Origin: Clostridia bacterium
GTDB lineage: Bacteria; Bacillota; Clostridia; DUPQ01
DNA length: 45,810 nt
Reading direction: 5' to 3'
Assembly: GCA_046484775.1 (NCBI GenBank)
Contig: JAWOIG010000225.1
Coordinates: 1 to 45,810, forward strand
The notes beneath the pieces were generated by a model, which was given only the letters and a program-made list of their open reading frames with translations, did not search any database and was not told the origin of the DNA. How positions within the stretch are numbered: the stretch's first letter is position 1; every line of letters starts with the position of its first letter. The position numbers and the translations under genes are program-made. This document shows positions 1-8,073 of this stretch, one piece after another.

Positions 1-243
1 AAAGGGTGCACTTAAATAATTCTGCAATTCCTTAAAGGGTGCCCTTAAATAATTCCGTAATTCACTAAAGGGTGCCCTTAAATAATTTTGCAATTCCTTA
101 AAGGGTGCCCTTAAATAATTCTGCAATTCCTTAAAGGGTGCCCTTAAATAATTCTGCAATTCCTTAAAGGGTGCCCTTAAATAATTCCGTAATTCACTAA
201 AGGGTGCCCTTAAATAATTTTGCAATTCCTTAAAGGGTGCCCT
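1..243. repeat. 33-bp tandem direct-repeat array with 7 full units plus a 12-bp partial unit, truncated by the left window edge
   Basis: Units start at 1, 34, 67, 100, 133, 166 and 199, with a partial unit at 232. Each has an invariant 21-bp core AAAGGGTGCCCTTAAATAATT (one C>A change in unit 1). The 12-bp tail occurs in three variants: A=CTGCAATTCCTT, B=CCGTAATTCACT, C=TTGCAATTCCTT. The order A-B-C-A-A-B-C gives a 132-bp higher-order period. Confidence 0.95.
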
Positions 244-271
244 GAAAATCATAATGTGATATCATTCGGTT

Positions 272-1081
272 ATGAAGAAGGCAGCCTTTATTTTTTTGAT
301 TGCCGCGGTTATTTTCTCCATGTTCTGGTTTTATTACCCTTTCAGGAGCATTCTCATGATGTCCGTATATTCGGCGATTCACAGACAGGACAGCATAATG
401 AAGCAGGAAGGCTTTTCGGTTGAGATTCCCGGTGGCGCAACCACGCCCGGAAGGGACTGGTTCGTGATGCCGATGACATACAATGCCGATGTTTTCAACG
501 GCAGACACGGCAGCGAGACCGACATGTCCATAATCTATAATTTCCCGGCCTTCAACCCGTTGACCCGTACCAATTCCTTTTACGAATCCGATTCCGGATA
601 CTGCTCCGCATTTTATGGCGCATATATATTGCGAACAGATGACGAAACACCATATGGATTCACGAAGGCCGGAAACCCGGATACAAGTGAGGTTCTTGCC
701 GCTTTTAAATACGATTATGCGGTGCTTGTGCTGGAAAGCCTGGGTTGCACGGATGCCATGTTTGAGGTCATTGATTATGAGACTGGACTTGCCGCTTACA
801 TTGGTTATGATGGCTGGACAGTAATGGACGCGCACCTTTTAACAAACAGCGTGTCCCATTCCTATGTTGAAAGCAAAAGAAGCTACCTTCAATTCGGAAG
901 GCCTTTGGACGACCCGCCGGAGGATTTCCCCGTAATGGAGATGAACGGAAGGCTTTATATAAGATATTTTCCTGAATTCGGCTGCACGGTCGCCATGTAT
1001 ATTGTTGCACCTGACAAGGACGTGTTGGAGAAATGCGACAATGAACTGCTCGGCAAGAGCATGCTGAAAATCAAGCGCTGA
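272..1081 (+). CDS. hypothetical protein with an N-terminal hydrophobic anchor or signal (269 aa)
   Basis: Long ORF in the track. The N-terminus MKKAAFIFLIAAVIFSMFWFYY looks like a signal-anchor. I recognise no family motif and no strong SD. Confidence 0.6.
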   Translation: MKKAAFIFLIAAVIFSMFWFYYPFRSILMMSVYSAIHRQDSIMKQEGFSVEIPGGATTPGRDWFVMPMTYNADVFNGRHGSETDMSIIYNFPAFNPLTRTNSFYESDSGYCSAFYGAYILRTDDETPYGFTKAGNPDTSEVLAAFKYDYAVLVLESLGCTDAMFEVIDYETGLAAYIGYDGWTVMDAHLLTNSVSHSYVESKRSYLQFGRPLDDPPEDFPVMEMNGRLYIRYFPEFGCTVAMYIVAPDKDVLEKCDNELLGKSMLKIKR

Positions 1082-1127
1082 CTTTTTCCGGGCGATTCTT
1101 CATATATTGATTTAATTTGCAATTTGC

Positions 1128-2210
1128 CTAGGGTGATTCTTTTATTTGCGATGGTCCCGGCACCCTCTGTTCAGCGGGAGGCATTGACTCGAACGGCCTG
1201 TGGGGCTCCGTCTGATACCAGTAGGCTGTGGAAGACCAGTCGTCCCCCCTGTCGTTGGCATGACCGTGCTCTATGCTTACCCTGATATTTTTTTCAAATG
1301 GCACCGGGTCGACCGCATGATACCTGTAGACGCATACCTTGCCTGCGTTATGATGTCCGTTGCCTCCGTCGTCCACTTCACTCCAGGGTTGGCCGCAATA
1401 AAGATGGGCGGCTTTTTGCATGCCCCATGCATGGCAAAAATAATCCTCCGTCCCTGTGCCGTGCAGGTCTGGCGGCCACTCGCCGGGATCGTCCCTGTCG
1501 ACGAATATCATGTCGTCGCCCTCACCCCACCATCCGCCTTCGATGTTGTCGATGCTCATGTTGACACCGACATATGTTCCGCGACCCTCGGCTTCAAGTA
1601 TCAGGTAATTGTCTTTGTCGCTCAGATTCCTGCCGTTTTCCGCCCTTACGATGGGATTTCTCAGGCATCTCCTCCAGTTTGCATGCAGGTACATTGCCTC
1701 TTCGGGAAGCTCCTCATGCTTTTGATAATCTATGTAGAAATATGTTATTGATTGTTTTTCCAACTCGTTGACCAGCTCAATCCTGGCTTTTTTTCTAAAT
1801 GGCATCGGAATCCAGCTGTTCATCGCGACCCTGGGACTTTCGGTCCCCTCGATCGGCCTGTTGCAAGCGGCGCTGAAAAAAACACTTTGATATGAATATG
1901 CCCTCGCATGTCCAAGCCCGAAAAAATCACCTATGGGAGCCTGGACAGACGGATCTTCCTCATCATCCCAGAAAATTCTGATTACCATTTTTCTCAGAGT
2001 CAGGGAATCGAAATCCCGTGTGTCGTCCGGCCCCCATTTCCCGAATGATGTCAGCCATATGTGGCTGATTATTCCCGGGCCTTCAATTTCCGCGATTACC
2101 CTTGTCTCCCCGGGTTCAAGTTTTATCGAGTCGTTGTTTCCTCCGCTTCTGTCGAAGGAGCTGACTCTTGCGGCCTTGAAATTTTTCCATAGATAAATAG
2201 ATTCAAGCAT
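1128..2210 (-). CDS. DUF2961 / glycoside hydrolase family 172-like protein
   Basis: Motifs SSFDRSGGNND, GEGDDMIFVD and GTGTEDYF are typical of DUF2961 (GH172). The ATG at 2210 follows AGGGG by 6 nt; the track start at 2216 is a TTG lying inside that SD. Confidence 0.8.
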   Translation of the reverse strand: MLESIYLWKNFKAARVSSFDRSGGNNDSIKLEPGETRVIAEIEGPGIISHIWLTSFGKWGPDDTRDFDSLTLRKMVIRIFWDDEEDPSVQAPIGDFFGLGHARAYSYQSVFFSAACNRPIEGTESPRVAMNSWIPMPFRKKARIELVNELEKQSITYFYIDYQKHEELPEEAMYLHANWRRCLRNPIVRAENGRNLSDKDNYLILEAEGRGTYVGVNMSIDNIEGGWWGEGDDMIFVDRDDPGEWPPDLHGTGTEDYFCHAWGMQKAAHLYCGQPWSEVDDGGNGHHNAGKVCVYRYHAVDPVPFEKNIRVSIEHGHANDRGDDWSSTAYWYQTEPHRPFESMPPAEQRVPGPSQIKESP

Positions 2211-2219
2211 AAACAACCC

Positions 2220-4007
2220 CTACTCTATTTTTACAAGAACGGCGCATCTGAGCCATCCGGTTTGCAGCCCCTTGCCTTCGTCGTACATTTCGATTCCCGT
2301 GAATACAAGCCTGATGCCAATCCCCTGCACATCAAAATCGAATGTAAGGTCATCAAATGTAATAACGCCTTCATTTGCAATCCATTTTTCCTTTATTTCA
2401 GGAATGAAATCATACAGGTTGCGCGTAAAGACAACCACGCCGTCAAGTTCAACGTCAAGCATAGCCGCGCTCTGCTCCATCTGGAACTGGAACGACAGCG
2501 TTCCTGCGGGTGTCTCCATCGATGACTTTTCCCAATTTTCAGTATCCCAGAGATAATCAAACCCGGAAATATCCAATATGCCGCCTGTGTTCTTCTGATT
2601 GATCGATATATAGTCCCTATCCTCTATATCCAAAGGCCTTTCCTCGTAATAATAGAAATAATCAAAACCCATTACCTTTCCCATATCGCCGATTGAGAAA
2701 TCGTCGGGAAGATAATCCGCCCCCTTCAGGCCATAAACCGATTCAAGATATTCCACCTTCGAGGAAATCTGTCCCTTGGTTTTGTCGCTTATACCCGGAT
2801 CCGCCTTTACGACCATTCCGTTCGATATCATGTTGTTTTCTACAAGCAGTTTTTCAAGTCGGTTGGTCTGGCTGATTCTTCCGACAGCAATTGCATTCCA
2901 GGGACCCACGACGCTGAGCATGGCGATAACCGCAAGGGACACCGTTATTATCCGCGTATTTCTGTTGCTGTAATTGACTATGCTCAAATAAACCATGACT
3001 CCCAGCATCCAGATTCCGGCGGCGCCAAGCAGATACCTGTTCATGGTCAGTCCATATGCGCCTACCCTTATGCCAAGCGATATGAACAGCAGAATGATCG
3101 GAATGATGACGACCCTTGGGAACCATCTTCCGAATACGGATGCCCACTTGCTCCCTTCATCCATCCCGTGAAGGAAATACATTGCAACGGTTCCTATTAG
3201 CGCATACCAAAGCACCATGTTTCCCACCACCCCGTCCGGCCATTCCCATACAAATAGAATACGAAGAACATAGATGTAGAAAACCGCGCTATATGCCGTA
3301 AGAAGCGGCGCAATCACATATATTACAAGTATCTTGAAGAATTTATATATCCTGTCGGGTTCCAGAACTTCCGATTTTTCGGGTATCCCGCCGAAAAAGA
3401 ACATCGGTGCGAAAAATCCCGCTGCCAGGACAATTGTATCGAGGTATAGTTTTTCCTCCACATTGACGCCAAGCAACTTCTCTATCGCAAACAGAATCAG
3501 GGAAATCCCGCCCCATATAACAAGGGTGTAAACTACGGTTATAGCTAACCGCCATCCCACGAGGGTCGAGTAAACCTCCTGGAAAGGTGTTTTCTTTCGA
3601 AATACCGCTGTCATGAACAGGACAAATGCAGCCAGAAGCAAGGCCGCCAGCCTGACCATTTCAATCTGCTCCCGACCTTCGAAATTATTGAACAGGTACA
3701 TTGCGTAAAAAAGCGTTCCGCAGCCGAATATAATCCAAAAGAATATCCGGTTTCTTTGCCTTGGCTCGAATTGATCGAATATTGTCTTCATGGACAGTGA
3801 AACGACAGCCCCTAGTATAAGGGATAGAATGACGGATGTCAGCAACCGCTCGGTGGATATGCTCAAATCCTCATTATGGATCAGCACAACTCCGATTCCG
3901 GCGGCCAGCGCCGCATAGGATATCGCCACGGGAAATCTTCTCATTCCATTGCTGAGCTTGGTGCGCGTAGACTTTATTATAGACAAATATCTCTTATTTC
4001 CTTCCAT
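2220..4007 (-). CDS. polytopic membrane protein (DUF4153-like) with a roughly 190-aa C-terminal soluble domain
   Basis: 595-aa ORF with many hydrophobic helices. SD GGGGAGGG lies before the ATG at 4007. Its stop is 3 nt before the GH172 SD/start, so the two look like an operon. The family name is from memory of similar Clostridia proteins. Confidence 0.7.
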   Translation of the reverse strand: MEGNKRYLSIIKSTRTKLSNGMRRFPVAISYAALAAGIGVVLIHNEDLSISTERLLTSVILSLILGAVVSLSMKTIFDQFEPRQRNRIFFWIIFGCGTLFYAMYLFNNFEGREQIEMVRLAALLLAAFVLFMTAVFRKKTPFQEVYSTLVGWRLAITVVYTLVIWGGISLILFAIEKLLGVNVEEKLYLDTIVLAAGFFAPMFFFGGIPEKSEVLEPDRIYKFFKILVIYVIAPLLTAYSAVFYIYVLRILFVWEWPDGVVGNMVLWYALIGTVAMYFLHGMDEGSKWASVFGRWFPRVVIIPIILLFISLGIRVGAYGLTMNRYLLGAAGIWMLGVMVYLSIVNYSNRNTRIITVSLAVIAMLSVVGPWNAIAVGRISQTNRLEKLLVENNMISNGMVVKADPGISDKTKGQISSKVEYLESVYGLKGADYLPDDFSIGDMGKVMGFDYFYYYEERPLDIEDRDYISINQKNTGGILDISGFDYLWDTENWEKSSMETPAGTLSFQFQMEQSAAMLDVELDGVVVFTRNLYDFIPEIKEKWIANEGVITFDDLTFDFDVQGIGIRLVFTGIEMYDEGKGLQTGWLRCAVLVKIE

Positions 4008-4143
4008 TTGACTGCCCTCCCCTGATTCCCTGCCTGCCCATCTTAATACATGTCCATTATACCATTATTACCTGGGCGGCATATAACCCCACAGCCCGGC
4101 ATGCAGTTTTCATATAGCCGGGCAGCCTGTTTCTTTGATTTGT

Positions 4144-4734
4144 TCATTTGTCGAAAAGGTAGTTTTCGATTATATTGCGAAGTTCCTCTATCCCCTGCTT
4201 TTTTGTGGCCGAGCATATGGCGAACGGCGTCTCCCGGGCAAGCTCCAGTTCCCTAATTATTTCAATGGCATGGCTTCTGTAGCTTCCCCTTGTTATCTTG
4301 TCGCTTTTAACCGCACAAACGGCATATGGAATCCCGCTTTGTGTCAGCCAATGCGCCATATCCTTGTCCTGCGCGGAAGGCTTGTGCCTTATGTCTATCA
4401 TCAGTATTATCAGTTTCAGCTGTTCCCTGTTTTCAAGATATGTATCCGCAAGGCTTCCCCAGGATTTTTTCTCCGCCTTGGAAACCTTTGCATATCCATA
4501 TCCGGGAAGATCCACAAGCCTGAATTCATCGTTTACGTTGTAAAAATTTATCTGGCGGGTCTTGCCCGGCGTCGCCCCCACATATGCCAGCCTTTTCCTG
4601 TTTACGATTGCGTTTATAATCGAGGATTTACCAACGTTCGACCTGCCGGCAAATGCGGCTTCGGGAAGATTACCCTCCGGATATTGCTGCGGCCTTACCG
4701 CCGTTGCCTCGTGTCTTGCTTCATTGATTTTCAT
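4144..4734 (-). CDS. engB: ribosome-biogenesis GTPase EngB/YsxC/YihA
   Basis: P-loop GRSNVGKSS, DLPGYG and the typical 196-aa length. Its ATG overlaps the TGA of the upstream LysR gene (ATGA at 4731-4734). Confidence 0.93.
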   Translation of the reverse strand: MKINEARHEATAVRPQQYPEGNLPEAAFAGRSNVGKSSIINAIVNRKRLAYVGATPGKTRQINFYNVNDEFRLVDLPGYGYAKVSKAEKKSWGSLADTYLENREQLKLIILMIDIRHKPSAQDKDMAHWLTQSGIPYAVCAVKSDKITRGSYRSHAIEIIRELELARETPFAICSATKKQGIEELRNIIENYLFDK

Positions 4735-5621
4735 TTTTCCTCCGAAAGAACATCCAGGAATGCCTCCGTTGCCTTTGATAACGGAATTCCATTCAATGTT
4801 ACCACACCAATGTGCCTTTTGCTAATCCGCCTGGCAACAGGCAATATGTCCACCATGTCCCGGTACCCGCTTTTTTCCAGATATTCCTGCGCGACACAGC
4901 TTATGCCTATCCCCAGCGCCGAGAACCTTATTAAGAGCTCTATTGACCCCAGCTCTATGGATGGCGCCGCCTCAATCCCATCCATGGTGAAATATTGGTC
5001 TATGGCTTCCCTTGTGCTTGTTCCCTTTTCCAGCATCATGAGAGGCATTCCGGCGATATCCGCCGGAGAGTATTCCATACCGTCGATGGCCAGGCTTCCT
5101 TTTTTTGCTATGAAGCAGTTGTTGAGCTCGCTTTTTTTCCATACCGTCATATTCCCGGGCAGCTCGCCGTCAAGGTTGATAACACCCAGGCCGGATTCTC
5201 CTTTTTCCAGCAGTGATATGGTCTCGTGGGTTGTCTTGTTGGCTATCCGCAGGCTGATTCCGGGATGAAGCTCCTTGAATCTCTCAAGGTATGGAGGCAG
5301 GAAATACATGCAGATGGTGTCGGACGCACTGATGAAAACTTCGCCGAAATTCAATGCCTTGGTTTCCTCTATCCTCTTTTCACCTGCCTTGATCATATTG
5401 AAGGCGGGCTCAATATGGCGAAACAGGATTGCACCTTCGTCCGTCAGCCTGATTCCACGCGGCAAGCGCAGAAACAGCGCAACCCCCATCCGCTTCTCAA
5501 GCAAGCCAACAGACTGGCTGACAGCGGACTGTGATATGAAAAGCTTTTCCGCAGCCTTCGAAAAACCGCCTTCAGCCGCGACCGTATAGAAAACCCTGTA
5601 TTGTTCCAGATTATAATTGAT
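4731..5621 (-). CDS. LysR-family transcriptional regulator, probably with a non-canonical ATC start
   Basis: The track ORF (4731-5504) starts inside the HTH. The same frame stays open upstream and encodes NLEQYRVFYTVAAEGGFSKAAEKLFISQSAVSQSVGLLEKRMGV, a complete LysR wHTH. There is no in-frame ATG, GTG or TTG there. SD AAGAGGTGA is followed by an in-frame ATC at 5621-5619. Confidence 0.78.
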   Translation of the reverse strand: MNYNLEQYRVFYTVAAEGGFSKAAEKLFISQSAVSQSVGLLEKRMGVALFLRLPRGIRLTDEGAILFRHIEPAFNMIKAGEKRIEETKALNFGEVFISASDTICMYFLPPYLERFKELHPGISLRIANKTTHETISLLEKGESGLGVINLDGELPGNMTVWKKSELNNCFIAKKGSLAIDGMEYSPADIAGMPLMMLEKGTSTREAIDQYFTMDGIEAAPSIELGSIELLIRFSALGIGISCVAQEYLEKSGYRDMVDILPVARRISKRHIGVVTLNGIPLSKATEAFLDVLSEEK

Positions 5622-5632
5622 ATAATCACCTC

Positions 5633-5687
5633 TTATATAATTTATTAATTTTATTAATTTTACTAATATCTTTTAGTAGATTATAAT
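5633..5687. promoter_or_regulatory. divergent LysR/purA control region with tandem 9-mers and a purA sigma70-like promoter
   Basis: TTATATAAT (5633), TTATTAATT (5642), TTATTAATT (5651) and TTACTAATA (5660) repeat with a 9-bp period. TTTACT (5659-5664), a 17-nt spacer, then TATAAT (5682-5687) lie upstream of purA. Confidence 0.4.
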
Positions 5688-5719
5688 ATCACTGTACGTT
5701 AATTACAAGGAGATTTAAA

Positions 5720-6985
5720 ATGGTTACTTCTGTTGTAGGCCTCAATTGGGGGGATGAAGGCAAGGGCCGCATGGTCGATTATTTCGCCGGCCGCGCCGAT
5801 TGTGTCATAAGGTATCAGGGCGGGGACAATGCCGGGCATACGGTTGTCAATGAAAAAGGCCGCTTCGCCTTCCATAATCTGCCGTCCGGCGTCTGCTATC
5901 CGGGTGTCGTGAATATCATCGCAAGCGGATCCGTCGTCAGTCCCGAGTCATTCATGGCCGAAATCAAGGATGTTGCTTCAAAGGGACTTGCCTTGGATAA
6001 CATATTTATATCGGACAGGGCCATACTCATAATGCCTTATGCCATGATTCTCGAGGAACTTGAGGAAAAAAGGCTGAAGGATAAGAAATACGGATCCACA
6101 ATGAGCGGGATAGCGCCGACATACGGATATAAATTCCTGAAAAAGGGAATCCAGGCCGGCGAATTGCTTTATCCGAAATATCTGAGGGAACATGTGGACG
6201 AGGTCGTCGGATATGCAAATCTGCAGATACAGGGTGCTTATGGAGCAGAGCCTGTCAGCGCGGATGCAACATACGAATATCTCATGGAGTATGCCGATAA
6301 ACTAAAACCATATATAACAAATACAAAGGCCTTGGTCGACCGGCTGCTTTCAGAAGACAAGGAAATAATAGTCGAGGCCCAACTAGGCGCACTAAGAGAT
6401 ATAACTCACGGCATATACCCCTATACGACCTCATCATCAACCCTGAGCGGATACGCATGTGCATCCATACCCGTCCCGCCGTCGTCGATCAAAAGCATCA
6501 TAGGAATCACAAAGGCATATTCGACATGTGTCGGCGAGGGCCCGTTCGTCACCGAACTGTTCGGCGACATCGCCCACAGAATCAGGGAAACCGGCCATGA
6601 GTACGGCGCCAAGACCGGCCGCCCCAGAAGAATCGGATATTTTGACGCGGTTGCCACAAGATACGGCTGCGCATTGCAGGGTGCAACGGAAATGGCGGTC
6701 ACATGCCTTGACGTCCTGAGTGGACATAAAGAGCTGAAAATCTGCACCGGATATAGTGTCGGAGGCGATATCATCACTGATTTCCCCATAAACTGCGCCT
6801 TGAACGATGCAATTCCCGTCTATGAATCATTCCCGGGATGGAGCGAGGATATCACGGGAGCAAGAAGCTTGAGCGACCTGCCCGTTTCCGCAAGAAACTA
6901 TCTTGATGAAATAAAGAGGCTCTGCGGCGTTGATATAACATATGTATCGGTGGGCCCTGAAAGGGATGCGCTGATAAGAACATAG
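5720..6985 (+). CDS. purA: adenylosuccinate synthetase
   Basis: N-terminal GLNWGDEGKGRMVDYF, followed by YQGGDNAGHTV and GTTxxGIGP-type motifs. SD AAGGAGA lies before the ATG at 5720. Confidence 0.95.
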   Translation: MVTSVVGLNWGDEGKGRMVDYFAGRADCVIRYQGGDNAGHTVVNEKGRFAFHNLPSGVCYPGVVNIIASGSVVSPESFMAEIKDVASKGLALDNIFISDRAILIMPYAMILEELEEKRLKDKKYGSTMSGIAPTYGYKFLKKGIQAGELLYPKYLREHVDEVVGYANLQIQGAYGAEPVSADATYEYLMEYADKLKPYITNTKALVDRLLSEDKEIIVEAQLGALRDITHGIYPYTTSSSTLSGYACASIPVPPSSIKSIIGITKAYSTCVGEGPFVTELFGDIAHRIRETGHEYGAKTGRPRRIGYFDAVATRYGCALQGATEMAVTCLDVLSGHKELKICTGYSVGGDIITDFPINCALNDAIPVYESFPGWSEDITGARSLSDLPVSARNYLDEIKRLCGVDITYVSVGPERDALIRT

Positions 6986-7018
6986 ACTTGCCGGTCACAG
7001 CCGGAATAAGCAGCATGT

Positions 7019-7045
7019 AAAACCGGTCCCCGACCGGTTTTTTTG
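7019..7045 (+). terminator. rho-independent terminator after purA
   Basis: AAAACCGGTC-CCC-GACCGGTTTT is a 10-bp stem followed by a T-run. Confidence 0.8.
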
Positions 7046-7181
7046 TCCGCAGAATACCCGGTATAGCGGCCTAACTGGATGGCTTGAACAAATTTCCGAG
7101 AAACCGGTCCTTTATATTAGTTTGAACCGATTCCTGCAAAACCGGCTTGCCAGACGACTGACATTTATAAAACTCCAAAAG

Positions 7182-7206
7182 AAAACCGGCCCATCGGACC
7201 GGTTTT
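7182..7206 (-). terminator. rho-independent terminator after rpsU (stem is symmetric, possibly bidirectional)
   Basis: AAAACCGG...CCGGTTTT stem. On the minus strand it is followed by TTTTCTTTT and begins 8 nt after the rpsU stop. Confidence 0.7.
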
Positions 7207-7213
7207 GTATTCT

Positions 7214-7390
7214 CTATTTTCTTTTTCTTTTTCTTGCAGCTTCGGATTTCTTTTTCCTTCTGACGCTTGGCTTTTCGTAGTGTTCCCTTTTCCTGACTTC
7301 AGCAAGAACACCGGCCTTTGCGCATTGTCTCTTGAACCTCTTCAATGCATTCTCAAGGCTTTCGTTCTCTTTGACTCTGATTTCCGCCAT
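7214..7390 (-). CDS. rpsU: 30S ribosomal protein S21
   Basis: Hand translation gives [58 protein letters not shown] (58 aa), a textbook S21. SD GGGGAGGG lies upstream. It is absent from the ORF track because it is under 60 aa. Confidence 0.93.
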   Translation of the reverse strand: MAEIRVKENESLENALKRFKRQCAKAGVLAEVRKREHYEKPSVRRKKKSEAARKRKRK

Positions 7391-7483
7391 ATTCTTAATC
7401 CCTCCCCTCTATACTTGGGTTTTATCTAAAGGGACGGCCTTCAAATCAATCATCAGGCACGGTTTCCTTAAATACTGAATGAC

Positions 7484-7512
7484 ATTATACATGATACCCT
7501 ATCAATAGTCAA
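7484..7512 (-). promoter_or_regulatory. sigma70-type promoter for rpsU
   Basis: On the minus strand: TTGACT, a 17-nt spacer, then TATAAT with TG immediately upstream. It sits about 95 nt before the rpsU ATG. Confidence 0.55.
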
Positions 7513-7728
7513 CCGCGGTTTTAGGCCGTTATTGTAATATCCAAGCAGCAGTTTCAAGCCTGGCCAACAAGCCTTTTTCATGGAAAAAGCAAGGAATTCA
7601 AACAATGCGCGGCAATGACATATCACTTGGTTTTGGCGGTGTTTTTCCCTGCAGCAGGCCGGGTATTTGTGCAAAAGCCGGTTAATTACCCGGATAATGA
7701 GGACAAATGAGTGCAAATAATGCTTGCC

Positions 7729-8073
7729 TCACAATACTTTCTCTCCCATCGAAACTCCGCCGACAAGGTGGAAATGCAGATGCATCACGCTCTGCCCGGC
7801 ATCCTCGCCCACATTGCCGATGATTCTGTAACCGCTTTCCAATACTCCGGTTAACGCAGCCGCCTTTTTCGCTGCCAGCATACAATCTCCGATTACATGC
7901 GCATTATCAGCATTAAGGCTGTTGATGTCATCTATATGCTCCTTCGGCACTATGATAAGATGAACCGGGGCGGCAGGACTTATATCCTTGAAGACCTTGA
8001 CCGATTCATTTTCATAGATTGTATCGGAAGGTATGTCTCCTCCGATTATTCTGCAGAAAATACAGCCACTCAT
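7729..8073 (-). CDS. HIT-family (histidine triad) nucleotide-binding protein
   Basis: CIFCRII near the N-terminus and the HLHFHLVGG histidine triad; 114 aa. Its start overlaps the alaS stop (ATGA at 8070-8073). Confidence 0.92.
   Translation of the reverse strand: MSGCIFCRIIGGDIPSDTIYENESVKVFKDISPAAPVHLIIVPKEHIDDINSLNADNAHVIGDCMLAAKKAAALTGVLESGYRIIGNVGEDAGQSVMHLHFHLVGGVSMGEKVL

Noticed and set aside
1-243. The 33-bp array as a CRISPR locus
   Set aside because: There are no unique spacers. The 12 bp between the 21-bp cores occur in only three near-identical variants, are far shorter than real spacers, and repeat in blocks. No cas genes are in the window.
4135-5268. 377-aa plus-strand ORF antisense to engB and the LysR gene
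   Set aside because: It fully overlaps two well-supported genes on the other strand. Its composition is low-complexity (Phe, Leu, Arg, Pro, Ser rich). It has no SD and no recognisable motif.
5444-5629. 61-aa minus-strand ORF starting with GTG at 5629
   Set aside because: It is the wrong frame across the LysR HTH region. The GTG is part of the SD itself, and the +1 frame encodes a perfect LysR wHTH.
7205-7429. 74-aa plus-strand ORF ([15 protein letters not shown]...)
   Set aside because: It is the antisense of rpsU. The low-complexity Phe/Ser run is the complement of the S21 Lys/Arg tail.
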